A stretch of DNA of 64,000 nucleotides, taken from Octopus sinensis. Its lineage: Eukaryota. The stretch spans positions 109,368,001 to 109,432,000 of the forward strand of contig NC_043003.1 of assembly GCF_006345805.1 (NCBI RefSeq), written 5' to 3'. Position numbers and translations under genes: made by a program. The notes beneath the pieces are model-generated. The model had not been told where the DNA came from, made no database searches, and saw nothing but the letters and a program-made list of their open reading frames with translations. Positions 51,151 through 63,457 of this stretch are shown here, piece by piece (position 1 is the stretch's first letter; each line of letters starts with the position of its first letter).

Positions 51151-51201
51151 CGTTAAACGATGATGATGATGATCTATATACATATCTATATTATCTATAC
51201 A

Positions 51202-51237
<36 letters not shown>

Positions 51238-51306
51238 TACATATATATGGACCATATATATATATATATATATATACACATAAATACATACATACATACA
51301 TATATA

Positions 51307-51337
<31 letters not shown>

Positions 51338-51407
51338 CATATTATATATATTGCTGCTTTGTGTAGAAATTTGGTCACAATGGTACAAAGACATGCTCGC
51401 AGTAACA

Positions 51408-51455
<48 letters not shown>

Positions 51456-52421
51456 ACTAAAAGCTTTCATACACCGGAAGTTATGGTCATTTAATAATGC
51501 AAAATTATTTTACCAGATTGTTCAGTATTTCTGAAATTAATATAAAATAAAAGCAGTGAATTTTATAAGAAATATGGTAATAAAAGGATTAAGTTAAAAC
51601 CTACTTATTGGCAATCCTTATCTCTTAGATGGAGAAAGTTACTGAAAAAAATATATAGTTGCAAAAGTCACACTCAAATATTTAAAACGTATAAATCCAA
51701 ATAAATTTTGTAAGAAAGAAAAGAAAGAAATGAGAAAGGAGGGTGTTATTTAGGAGCAGCATTTTCATTTGAAGCTACTTTCTAACACAGTTTGTTACTT
51801 TATGACAGTTCTATGGGATTTTTATCATAAAATTGTGCTGGCAAAATTGCGAGAGATGAAGGAAGTAATTTAAAGAATGGGGTATATATCTTTTAGCTAG
51901 CTATTTGAGTTAATTTATAAACAAATATTAATTTAAACAACTGCCTATTATTCTGTACAGAACGAATTTAATTAGTGATAAATACAAAGCATAATTATAT
52001 GTGATAATTTTTTTTTGTGCATATGCTAATACATACTGACAAACACACACACATGCACAAATGCACACATACACACACATACAAATGCACAGACACATAC
52101 ACACAATGATGCACACACACAAACACATGTACGTACACAGATATACAATCATGCAAGTGAATACATAAACACACAAACATACAAAAACACACAATCTCAT
52201 TTATGTATACACAAATACACAGGTGAATGGCCAAAGAATAAAAACATGAGCTTCATATGAGATAAGCACAACTACTTGTGTGACTAATTCAATATATACT
52301 TGTTCAAAAGCATTTTAATCTGTTGATATGGATAATTAATTCAAACAAGTGTTATGATTAAAATTATTCTTCCTCTCTCTCCTCTCTCTCACACCCTCTG
52401 TGTGGTGTGTGTATTGAATAT

Positions 52422-52461
<40 letters not shown>

Positions 52462-52479
52462 TATCAATATATCATCATT

Positions 52480-52790
52480 ATTATTAAGCATCTGCTTTCC
52501 ATGCTGGTATGGGTTAGACATTAGATGGTTTGATTGAAGTTGGTAAGCTGGAGGGCTACACTAGGTACCAATCTGATTTGGCAAGGTTTCACAGCTGGAT
52601 GCCCTATCTAATGCCAACCATTCCAAAAGTGTAATGGGTGCTTTTTACATGCCAGTTACGTGATACCAGAATCGGCCATGACTACAATTTCACATGGCCA
52701 GATTGGCTTTTGCCAAAGGTCTCAGCCACTTATCATTGCCTCCATGTGGCCCAATGTTTGAAGGGTGCTTTCTATGGCGATGTGTTTGTG
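52480..52790 (-). mobile_element. RTE LINE 3' end (ORF end + 3' UTR)
   Basis: Minus strand: LQTLGHMEAMIS.*DLW.. runs into ggcatgtaaaaagcaccc and taga.agggcatccagc. Confidence 0.7.
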
Positions 52791-53094
52791 TACATAGGAC
52801 ACCAAGTGTGGGTTTGGAAGTAACTATATGTGGGTACCAACGCGAATAATGTTTTACTTTATTGTATGTTTTATATTGATTTTTTGTTCTATTTTTCTTA
52901 ATTATTCCCCATCTTTGTCTATAAAGTCACAATGGAATCCGTTCCTCTCCATTCCTGCCCAATGGCTTAAACATACTGTCACTAGAACATACTGTCACTA
53001 AAACATACTGTTATTTAAATGAGCTGTCACTAACAATATGCTGTATTAAAACTGAGCAAAACAGAGTTTATTTAACAAGATACTCCTTATAACA

Positions 53095-53198
53095 TCACCT
53101 GAGGAGATGCATCTGAACCAAGGGATGCACTACAATCAGTTGTACTGTATCTCACCCATGAGGGATCAATGCAAGATGCATCGAAACAATTGTTGTGA
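53095..53198 (+). ncRNA. Type I hammerhead ribozyme with 77-nt branched stem II
   Basis: tcac-CTGAGGA-gatgcatct[59 nt]agatgcatc-GAAAC-AATT-GTT-gtga. Intact core, perfect 9-bp stem II base, followed by AATAAA. Confidence 0.8.
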
Positions 53199-53259
53199 GC
53201 AATAAAGTTTCCCATATATGCAATTTTCTGTCTCTCTCATTTGTTATATACAGCTCAAA

Positions 53260-53545
53260 TTTACAGAAAACAAAAGATAAGGACAAGTGAAGGAACAACA
53301 TATTAGTAAGACATATTAGTATATTAGTAAGAGACACAGGAAGAATGGAAAGATGTTTTGAGCTTACAATCTTTGATAGAAAGGATTGAGAGGTAAAAAA
53401 AGGAGAGAGAATGAAAATAAATGGAGAGAAAAAGAATGTGTAAAGATTAATGGTTCAACATAACGAAGACTTTTCCATTCTTCCTGAGCGTCAAGCTAAT
53501 ACACCTGCTTGTTGTTCCTTCACCTGTCTTCATTTTTGTTTCCTG
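53260..53545. repeat. Inverted pair of a degenerate interspersed repeat (53260-53390 + / 53455-53545 -)
   Basis: aaatt.acag.aaacaaaa.at.a.gaca.gtgaaggaacaac...caggaagaatggaaa is present on opposite strands. Confidence 0.65.
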
Positions 53546-53554
53546 TAATTTTGA

Positions 53555-53723
53555 ACTACACACACACACACGCACACACATACACACATACACACATACA
53601 CACACACATATATATGTATGTATTTATATAAATATATATATATACATATATATATACATATATATATATATATGTATATATATAAATATATATACATATA
53701 TATATATAATATATACATATGTA

Positions 53724-53812
<89 letters not shown>

Positions 53813-53813
53813 A

Positions 53814-53848
<35 letters not shown>

Positions 53849-53895
53849 CATCCATACATATACATATATATTTATGAATATATATATATATACTT
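53555..53895. repeat. (CA)/(TA)n compound microsatellite
   Basis: Direct inspection. Confidence 0.95.
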
Positions 53896-54160
53896 ATAAA
53901 AGTTCAATTAGAGGTTAAAGAAGCCTCATTAATGGATAATAATATCCAATGAATTTACTGGTTTCTTACCTATTATTTATTTTGAATATTAGATTTAATA
54001 TTAAAAAACAGGTAATTAAATAAACTGAGGTTTATATTTATTTAAGAAAAATAAGAAAATAGAGATAAATCAATTGATTATTATATTTATTAATTACAGA
54101 AATAAACATACTCTCTGACAGCTGTTTCAATTCAGACTATAAAATTAATTAAAATAATTA

Positions 54161-55244
54161 TCAGGTCATCCTATAAGTTCTGTCCGATTTTACCATTTTT
54201 AAAATAGAATGAAATTTAATAGTATTTTCGAATGTCTAATGGGAAAGAATGCTTGAATGAAAGAACTTGCAGAAGATGGTTTACAAAATTCAGAAGTGGA
54301 GATTTCAGCCTTGAAAATGAAGATCGAACAGGACGTCCAGTTGAATTTGATGATAAGCTCCTTGAGGAATTACTTGAAGAAAATCCTGCATTATCAGTTG
54401 TAGAATTGGCAATAAAGCTTAGTTCAAGCCATACAACTGTTCATCGTCATCTTCAACAACTTGGAAAGGTTCCTAAACTTGGAAAATGGGTGCCGCATGA
54501 ATTGTCCGAAAGCAACCACAAATCCCGATTTGACATCTGCTCTTCTCTCCATTCTTGCAAACTCATTTCACCCTTTTTGGATAGACTTGCGATTGGTGAT
54601 GAAAAATGGATCTTCTATCGAAATGTTAAACGTTGTAAACAGTTGCTTGGTAAAAGGGAAAAAGCTCAACCACAACTGAGAAGGAAACTTCATGGAAAAA
54701 AGATTCTTCTCTCTATCTGGTGGGATTGCAAAGGAGTAATTCACTTTGAATTGTTATCACCTAATGCAACAATCAATGCTCAAGTCTACTGTCAGCAATT
54801 AGAGTGTTTGAACCAAGCTTTGGAGGAAAAAGACCCGCTTTAGTGAATCAAAAAAGAATGATGTTTCATCAGAGCAATGCATGTCCCCACACTGCAAAGA
54901 TCACATCACAGAAGATTGAAGAGCTTGGTTGCAAAAAAATTCCTCATCCACCTTATTCACCTGACCTTCCTCCTTCAGACTACCATTTGTTTCGTAGTTT
55001 ACAGAATCATTTATGGGACATAACTTTCGCAAGCCAGGAGGATGTCGAAACTGATATTTCAGAGTTCTTCGCTTTGAAACCAAAAGAGTTTTACATTGAT
55101 GGGATTAAAAAGTTTGTAAATAGATGGAAGGAAGTCATAGATAATCAGGGAAAGTACATTCATGATTAAATTGAAATTTAATATAACATTTGATTACTTG
55201 TTTTCTTTATTCAAAATTCAGACAGAACTTATGGGATGACCTGC
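54161..55244 (+). mobile_element. mariner transposon (about 1.08 kb, 5' internal deletion)
   Basis: TIRs tcaggtcatcctataagttctgtccgattt / aattcagacagaacttatgggatgacctg. Confidence 0.9.
54232..55169 (+). pseudogene. mariner (DD34D-type) transposase, defective
   Basis: WFTKFRSGDFSL..E.R.GRP, WVPHEL, GDEKWIFY, HPPYSPDLPPSDYHLF. Frameshift near 54830, second catalytic D replaced (HQSNACPH), first HTH missing. Confidence 0.9.
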
Positions 55245-55289
55245 ATGATGCAGGAGGAAAGAGTTAGAAAAAGTTGTGGCAAAAGAGTC

Positions 55290-55810
55290 AGCAGAAGTTC
55301 GCCATTATCTTCTGCTGGAGCCACGTGGAGCTTAGGTGTTTTGCTCATAAACACACACACACCGTCCTGTCTGAGATTCGAACCCGTGATCCCTTGACCG
55401 TGAGTCCGCTGCTCTAACCACTAGGCCATGTACCTCCACGATGGTCGTATGGTTATGAATAAATATTTTTATGGAGTCATATACTACTGGCACTTTGTCT
55501 GTTATAACGACAAGGGTTCCAGTTGATCTCATCAATGGATTAGCCTGCTTGGGAAATTAACATGCAAATGGTTGAGAACTCCACAGGCATGCGTACCCTT
55601 AATGTAGTTCTCAGGGAGATTCAGCATGACACAGATTGCGACAAGGCTGACCCTTTGAATTACTGGTGCAACTCATTTTTGCCAACTGAGTGGACAGGAG
55701 CAACATGAAATAAAGTGTCTTGCTTAAGGACACAACACATCACTGGGAATTGAACTCATGACCTTACGATTGTTAGCCAAATACCCAAACCACTAAGCCA
55801 CATGTCTTCA
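55290..55810 (-). mobile_element. Two SINE family D copies
   Basis: gattcgaacccgtgatcccttgaccgtgagtccgctgctctaaccactaggcc; gaattgaactcatgaccttacg...accactaagcc. Confidence 0.8.
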
Positions 55811-55904
55811 TGCATAGAAGTCATATACACCTTGTTTAATATGCAAAGTTCAAGGCTGACCAAGATACTCTAATGACCAGATGATATTTATTTTTCTACA
55901 TAGT

Positions 55905-56400
55905 TTCGATGACTGGCATCCGTGCTAGCAGGGGGCAAAGAGCACCATACGAGTGTGATCGTTGACAGAACGGCTATTCGAGTATGATCGTTACCAGCAT
56001 CGCCTTACTGGCACTTATGCCTGTGCTAGTAGAGTGCCAAGAACACCATCCGAGCGTGATCGTTGCCAGAGCAGCCAACTGGCACATAAAAGGGCACCAT
56101 TCGAGCGTGATTGTTACCAAAGTCACTTCACTGGCACCTGTGCCAGTGGCACGTGTAAAAAGATTTGAGCGAGGTCATTGCCAGTACTGCCTAACTGGCC
56201 CCTGTACAGGTGGTTTGTAAAAAGCACCCACTACACTCTCAGAGTGGTTGGCATTAGAAAGGGCATCCAGCTGTAGAAACTCTGCCAGATCGAGACTGGA
56301 GCCTGGTGCAACCGTCTGGTTCACCAGCCCTCAGTCAAAATCATCCAACCCATGCTAGCATGGAAAGCGGGCGTTAAACAATGATGATGATGATGATGAT
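55905..56400 (+). mobile_element. RTE-derived 3' element with expanded internal modules
   Basis: Repeated gagcgtgatcgttgccag units, then gtaaaaagcacccactacac...catgctagcatggaaagcgg. Confidence 0.8.
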
Positions 56401-56409
56401 AATGATGAT

Positions 56410-57612
56410 AGTCTTCCTTGTAGTCTACACACTTCTTTCATTGATGTTGCAGTCCTTGGATCCCATTAGTGAAGATGCTCTCATCTTGTTGGTCAAGATA
56501 GTATTCATTAGCAGATATGATGTCATCATCTCCGTGATACTGCTTTCCAGCCAATTGTTTTCTCATGTTGGGAAAGCGATGATAGTGAGATGGGGCCAAA
56601 TCAGGAGAATAAGAAGGATAATCAACCAGTTCAAAGTCACAGCTGCCACATTAGCCATTTAATCCAAAGACTTGTGTGATGGAGCAGTGTTCTAACGAAA
56701 CAAGACTCCTTTCATCTGTTTTCCTTGACATTTGGTCTTGATAGCCTTTTGTAACCGCCTCAGCAAGTTAGCCTTGTAGTCTCCATTGATGGTGTAGTCT
56801 TTTGAAGATAGTACACACAATGTCTATTGCATTCCAAAAACCGAGGCCATCACCTTTCCAGCAAATGAAACAACCTTGGTTTTTCTTGGAGAAAGTGATG
56901 AAAGGGTGTTTCCACTGCATGGATTGTCTCTTTGTCTCCGGCTAAAAATGATGGACCCAACACTCATTTTGGTTTAGGAAACGTTCAAGGAAACTAGATG
57001 GCTCTGTCTCAAACAATGTCAGATTTCACTGTGACAAGATCAGCCAGGTGTGCCTTTGATCAGGTGTCATATGTGTCACTCATCAAACTGAAACCTTTGT
57101 CATGCCAAGTTCATTGTGCAGAATACTCTCAAATCTCTCACAGGATATGCTTGTAGCATTGGCTATTTGAGTTACAGTCAATCACCTGTCATCCATCACC
57201 ATGAGGAGAACAGGACCAACGGGACCAATGTTTTCCTCAGTGGTGACAGTTGAAGGACATTCAGACATCAGGTCATCTTCAAGACTCTCCCTTCCTCTCC
57301 TAAATTCAGCTGCCTATTTTTGCACTGTTGATAGAACTGAAGTACCATCACCCAATGTCAGCATGAATGTCCTTTGGAGTTAAACCCTTTTTCTGCTGGC
57401 ACTTAATAACACCATGATGCCAAGTTTTGTTCATTTTTAAGAGAAGTTGTTACTAGTTACTTTTGAAGTGTTCTTTGAACAATCAAATGTCAGTTTACCT
57501 GGAAAGAAACAATGCAGTTATTAAGAAGAAGAAGTGAAATAAATGCATGCATGATTTCACAGCTTTAGCATCAATCCTTCAAAGTCTGCCTATGAACTTT
57601 TCAGCCCCACCA
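56410..57612 (-). mobile_element. Decayed mariner transposon, near full length
   Basis: Minus strand: AAEFRRGRESLEDD; ECWVHHF*PETKRQSMQWKH; AGKVMASVFW; YSPDLAPS; KCVDYK. Left TIR ggggctgaaaagttcataggc. Confidence 0.85.
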
Positions 57613-57664
57613 CCACCACCACCATTGTATTTTTTTCGACTTGCTTCATGAAATTAAATCAAAT

Positions 57665-57915
57665 ATGGCATCTAAAAAGCACCAACCGATCGTGGACATT
57701 GCCAGCCCCCCCCCCCCCTGGCACCTGTGCCGATGGCACGTAAAAAGCACCTACTACATTCACGGAGTGGTTGGTGTTAGGAAGGGCATCTTGCTGTAGA
57801 AACACTGCCAGATCAGACTGGAGCCTGGTGCAGCCGCCTGGCTTCCCAGACTCTGGTCAAACCGTCCAACCCATGCTAGCATGGAAAGCGGACGTTAAAT
57901 GATGATGATGATGAT
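57665..57915 (+). mobile_element. RTE-derived 3' short element
   Basis: ggcacctgtgccgatggcacgtaaaaagcacc...ttaggaagggcatc...ggacgttaaatgatg. Confidence 0.85.
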
Positions 57916-58929
57916 AATTTCCATGTCCATCTATCCAGCCATCCATAGAAAAATGCATATATATGTACATACATGCATGCAAACATGCATATATGTATGA
58001 ATACATAAATACATGCATGCATGCATAAGTGTGGTCATGCATACATGCAAAAATTCAGGCACATGTAGATGCATGCATTCACACATGAATCCATGCATGC
58101 AAGCATAAATGCATACATATAAAGTCATACAAACTATTGATTATTGCATGCTTTATGTAATTCAAGGGAATTCTCCCAAAGTCATTTATTTTTATTCAGA
58201 ATGGATCTAAAAGAATATTATATGGAGATCGGCAACTTGTGGTAACCTGTGTATAATCAATGGTTCATTGTTCTTTTTAGTTACATGCGTGTGTATGTGT
58301 GTGTGTGTGTGTGTATTTGTGTGTATGTGTGTATATATGTGTGTGTGTGTTTGCATGTATGTAAGTATGTATGTATGTATGGTGTATGTATGGTGTATGT
58401 ATGTATGTGCGTATGTATGTATGTATGTATAGTGTATGTATGTATGTATGTATGTATGTATGTATGTATGTATGGTGTATGTATCTGAAGGGTGAGTGAA
58501 GAAGAGTCAGACGACCAAAATACAAAGGATTTATTGCTGAATATGGAAGATTGAGAATGTGGTAAAAGCTGGTCTCAGGATACTGAAGCACTTGAATGAG
58601 ATGGCATAGGGTCTGCAACATACCATCTTGCTTTGAAACGTGTGAGGGTTGGTGGCAGGAAAGGTATCTGCTTGTCGAAATTCCACCTGGTCCATGCAAA
58701 CATGGGAAAGCGGAAGATGAAACAATGAGGAAATATGGAAATAAAAAAGGACTATGAGAAACAAGTCAGAGTAACTAGTTGAATAAAATAAAAGCATATT
58801 AGATACTGATTTCTAGAGATGGTAGGACAATTACTTGGTAGCAGTTGGGACCAATACCAAATGACAGACGGAGATAATATCCCTCCAGATGCATATATTT
58901 ATATATACTTTATTTAAAAGCAGCAAGAA

Positions 58930-58967
58930 CTGTCCGACGAACGGGAACGTGAAACTCAGAGTAACAG
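58930..58967 (+). ncRNA. Hammerhead-like fold with variant core CCGACGA
   Basis: ctgt-CCGACGA-acg ggaa cgt-GAAA-ctc a gag-TA-acag. All three stems pair; U4 is replaced by C. Confidence 0.62.
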
Positions 58968-59077
58968 GTTTTGTTGAATTTTCTGCTGCTTTAAATAAAG
59001 CATATTACTCTACCACTGGTATTTGAGTACTCTTTTTCCCAGCTTGTATCACATTTATGCGTTTACTCCAGTATATT

Positions 59078-59116
<39 letters not shown>

Positions 59117-59288
59117 ATCTCTATATATATGTATATAATAAGCAGCTTGATTAAATATATATGGCCAATATGTGTTTACACACACACACTTATATATACA
59201 CACACGCATATAAATACACATACACACCTATACGTGCAAGCACACACACACACATACACATACATACGCATACATTTATGTATGTTTG

Positions 59289-59331
<43 letters not shown>

Positions 59332-60788
59332 GTGTGTGCACATAAACATAAAATACTTGTATATATAAAATATACATTCATACACATATTCTGATATCCA
59401 AAAATATTCTCTGTTTAAGGTAAATATTTGTCATGATAGGCGTGAAATGTAAGAGGAAGATAAGTAAAATTACACCTCCCAAATCCATTTAAACACACAC
59501 ACACACACACACACACATACATATGCACACATACATGCATATATACAGATACATGCATACACACACATACACATTCACATATGCATACATACATGCACAC
59601 ATGCATGCACATGTACACTAACACACACACAGACACATGCATACACACATGCATCCACACACATACACATACACACATGCATACACATACATGCACACAT
59701 ATGCACACTAACACACAGACACATGCACACACAACACAGACACGCACACACACACACACACAATAAAACACGCACAAATCTCACAGATCTTACCCTTGAA
59801 CCTTCTCCTAGACAGAAAGCTCTTTACATCTGGGTCCTGAGTGTGAGAATCTATTAATATTTCAGAGTTTGTCCCTATAATCCCCATTATGAGATTGGCA
59901 ACACTTCCTCAACATAACATTTCTCACACCTTCATCTCAACACTTGCAAAGCTCTTTATTCAGCATATTCTGCAGCACATGTCAGTTCATGGCTTGGCAT
60001 AGCTTTTCTATTGCATAGTGCTGTAAAGCATAGTACGGTGCAGTGTACTACAAAATAATGACCAGGGAGCACAGGGGAGAATATTTAGGGGTACCTGTTG
60101 CTTAAAAAAACTCAAAAACCTTTTTATAAAGTAGGCACTAATTTATTTGATGCAGGTATGAATAATTCTTATTTAAATTTTAATGATATTTTGAAATTAA
60201 TTTATTGACTTACAACATCAAAATATGCATTAAACTATTAAGTTTTTATGCAGCAGAAAACTCTGAGTACCTCCTTGCCCAACACCACTTCTTGCTCTTG
60301 GTCATTTGTTTATTTTATCATAGTACTCACTTTTAATAAAGTTAACACTAATATATTTGATGTTGCTAAGAAATTTTATTTAAATTTTAATGATATTTCT
60401 AAATTGAACTTTTTGGCTTATCACATCACTCTTAGGTTTTTATGCTGCAGGAGACCCTGAGTATTTAGTTCCCCCCTTTTCTGCTTTCTTTCCCAGCTAT
60501 TAATTCATGTTATCATAATGCTGCTCTATTTTATTTTCTCATTGTGACATCTTTTAGTAATGGTTAAACCATGTTTCACTAATGAGATCTAATAAGCCAG
60601 AAACATATCTGCAGTTGTCACTAAACTGGTAAAGTTCAAACTCACTTCCACACTGCATTCTATTTTCTAATTTATATTGATTGATTACAATTCTGGAGTT
60701 GACTTTCTCTGCCTTTTCTTAGAAATAGTTTTAAGATATTTACATCATTTACATTTGACAGATATTTGTCCTCATCTTGTTTGTTGTT

Positions 60789-60834
60789 AACACAACGATT
60801 CAGCTGATATACCCTCCAGCCTTCATCAGGTGTC
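60789..60834 (-). ncRNA. Minimal type I hammerhead ribozyme, mutated copy
   Basis: Minus strand: gacac-CTGATGA-a-ggctg gagggtatat cagct-GAAT-C-GTT-gtgtt. GAAA is changed to GAAT. Confidence 0.6.
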
Positions 60835-60883
60835 TTGGGCAAATTTCGAACCTGGGTTCTTATTCCTATGGTATTTTTCAATG

Positions 60884-60914
<31 letters not shown>

Positions 60915-60915
<1 letters not shown>

Positions 60916-61445
60916 GAGTGAGAGAGCAGTGCATGCCATCAAAGTGACACTGGGGTAAATATATGAAGCCCAGTATACCCATTATGACTACCCATCTGAT
61001 AAGGGTACACTAGGCACGTGAATCACAACCATATGCGTGTGACATGGTGATCTCATATCAAGATAAACAGCACATGACCTTGCAGGTGGGGCCAAGTTAG
61101 AATTTTCTTCTGGTCGAGTAACCCATCCCACTCAAAAGGTTCCTGAATAAGGGTTGTTTAAGGATGTTGAACGAAACACCCATGTTTCCAGAGGTGAAAT
61201 ATTCAAACCCCTAAGAATCCCTCTCAACCCATGGCTATGATGTTTCCCCACTATTTCTGCACCTGATCAGAGATGCGCATATCGTCAGCCATCAAGGGAC
61301 ATACTCAACTGGTTAAGGTCAAACAACTGACAAGCAAATCTGTGGTATTGAGCAGAATATTTGCTGTAGGCCATCTTTTATACCAAGACAAAACAATGTA
61401 CATGATAACACTTCCAATCAGTTAAGATCAGAAGCCACGAGAGCC
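60915..61445 (+). mobile_element. Unclassified retroposon-like repeat; its tail also occurs at 21850-21925
   Basis: Shared tgtacatgataacacttccaatcagttaagatcagaagccacgagagcc, flanked by (ATT)n. Confidence 0.65.
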
Positions 61446-61614
61446 ATTATTATTATTATTCAGGTCACAACCTGGAATTGAACTCAGAATCTCGGGGTTA
61501 GTAGCCTGCACTCATAACCACTATGCCATATATCAGTCAAATGTAAATAATGTAAATAATATAAATAATGTACATAATTCCTCATCTCTTGAATATAGAA
61601 CAGTTTGAAAATAG

Positions 61615-61757
61615 TTGTTTTTCTTTTACTTGTTTCAGTAACTGGACTGCGGCCATGCTGGAGCATCACCTTGACAGGTCAAACAAATTGTCTGCAGGAC
61701 TTATTTTCTTTTTAAAGTTTAGTAATTGTCCTAACAGTTTCTTTTCCCAAAATTTCT

Positions 61758-61811
<54 letters not shown>

Positions 61812-61960
61812 TGATGGGCTTCCACATAACTTCCCTCTATTAAATTGAAGTATTCTTTCACAAGACATCCATTGGCCAAGGGCTACAGAAGACACTTGGC
61901 CAGGGACTGGACCTTGCAGTGGAACTGGACCTGAAACAAACTTCTTAACCATACAGCCAT
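61615..61960 (-). mobile_element. SINE family A (degenerate)
   Basis: ttacttgtttcagtaactggactgcggccatgctggagca...gaagacacttggcc...cttaaccatacagcc. Confidence 0.75.
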
Positions 61961-62234
61961 AGAAATAATATTTTTCTTGTCACTATGGATGCATGGTATG
62001 TTGTTGTTGTTGTTGTTGTTTAGTACCAGATCAGCGTTGATCAAAAGCATTCCAGTCATGAGTCTTCTGCCATTTTGTACATCTAAGAATCTAAGACTAC
62101 ACTGGTCATGTGACCTTTTATTCTTAAAGAGCAGTAGGATGTGATTCGAGGGAGACATTGCTGCTATATTTAGCAAGTTGAAAACATAACTTCAGTACAT
62201 GTTTTTAGTTTTGCCAACTTCCAATGCTAGATCC

Positions 62235-62503
62235 CCACCACCACCACCACCACCACCGCCACCGCCACGCCACCGCCACCGCCACGCGCTGCCGCCGCCG
62301 CCTCCGCCACCGCCGCCGCCACCGCACCACCGCCACCGCCACCGCCACCACCACCACCACCGCCACCGCCACCGCCGCCGCCGCCGCCACCGCCGCAACC
62401 GCCACCGCCACCACCCACCACCACCGCCGCCGCAGCAGCCACCGCACGCCCGCCACCGTCATCACCGCCACCGCCACCGCCACCACCACCACCACCACCA
62501 CCA

Positions 62504-62534
<31 letters not shown>

Positions 62535-62891
62535 GCCACCGCCGCCGCCGCTGCCGCGCCTCGCCTCCGCCACCCACGCCGCACACCGCCACCACCGCCA
62601 CCGCCACCGCCACGCCACCGACACCGCCACCGCCACCGCACCACCGCCACCGCCACCGCACCACCACACACCGCCACCGCCACCGCCGCCGCCGCCACCG
62701 CCACCGCCGCCACTGCCACCGCCACCGCCACACCGCCACCGCCACCGCCACCGCCACCACCACCACCACCACACCACCGCCACCGCCACCGCCACCCGCC
62801 ACCGCCACCACCGCCACCGCCGCCACCGCCACCGCCACCGCCGCCACCGCCACCGCCACCGCCACCGCCACCACCACCACCGCCACCGCCA

Positions 62892-62926
<35 letters not shown>

Positions 62927-63425
62927 ACCGCCACCACCACCACCACCACCGCCACCACCACCGCCACCGCCACCACCGCCACCGCCACCACCACCACCAA
63001 CACCGCCACCGCCACCGCCACCGCCACGCCACCACCGCCACCGCCACCGCCACCACCACCACCGCCACCGCCACCGCCACCGCCGCCACCGCAACACCCA
63101 CCACCACACCGCCACCGCACCGCCACCGCCACCGCCACCGCCACCGCCGCCACCGCCAACGCCACCGCCGCCACCGCCCCACCGCCACCGCCACCGCCGC
63201 CACCGCCGCCACCACCACCACCGCCGCCACCGCCACCACCACCACCGCCACCACCGCGCCACCGCCACCACCACCACCGCCGCCACCGCCACCACCACCA
63301 CCAACCGCCGCCCCCGCACCACCACCCACCACCACCGCCCCGCACCACCAACCACCGCCGCCACCGCCACCACCACCACCACCACGCCCAGCCGCCACCG
63401 CCACCGCACCAACACCACCACCGCC

Positions 63426-63457
<32 letters not shown>

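Noticed and set aside
53000-53095. SECIS-like element upstream of the long-stem hammerhead
   Set aside because: ATGA and TGA motifs exist, but the intervening helix does not pair.
53345-53390. Possible relic hammerhead (ctttCTATCAAagattgtaagctcAAAACatc on the minus strand)
   Set aside because: It needs several back-mutations in both core boxes and cannot be supported without a family consensus.
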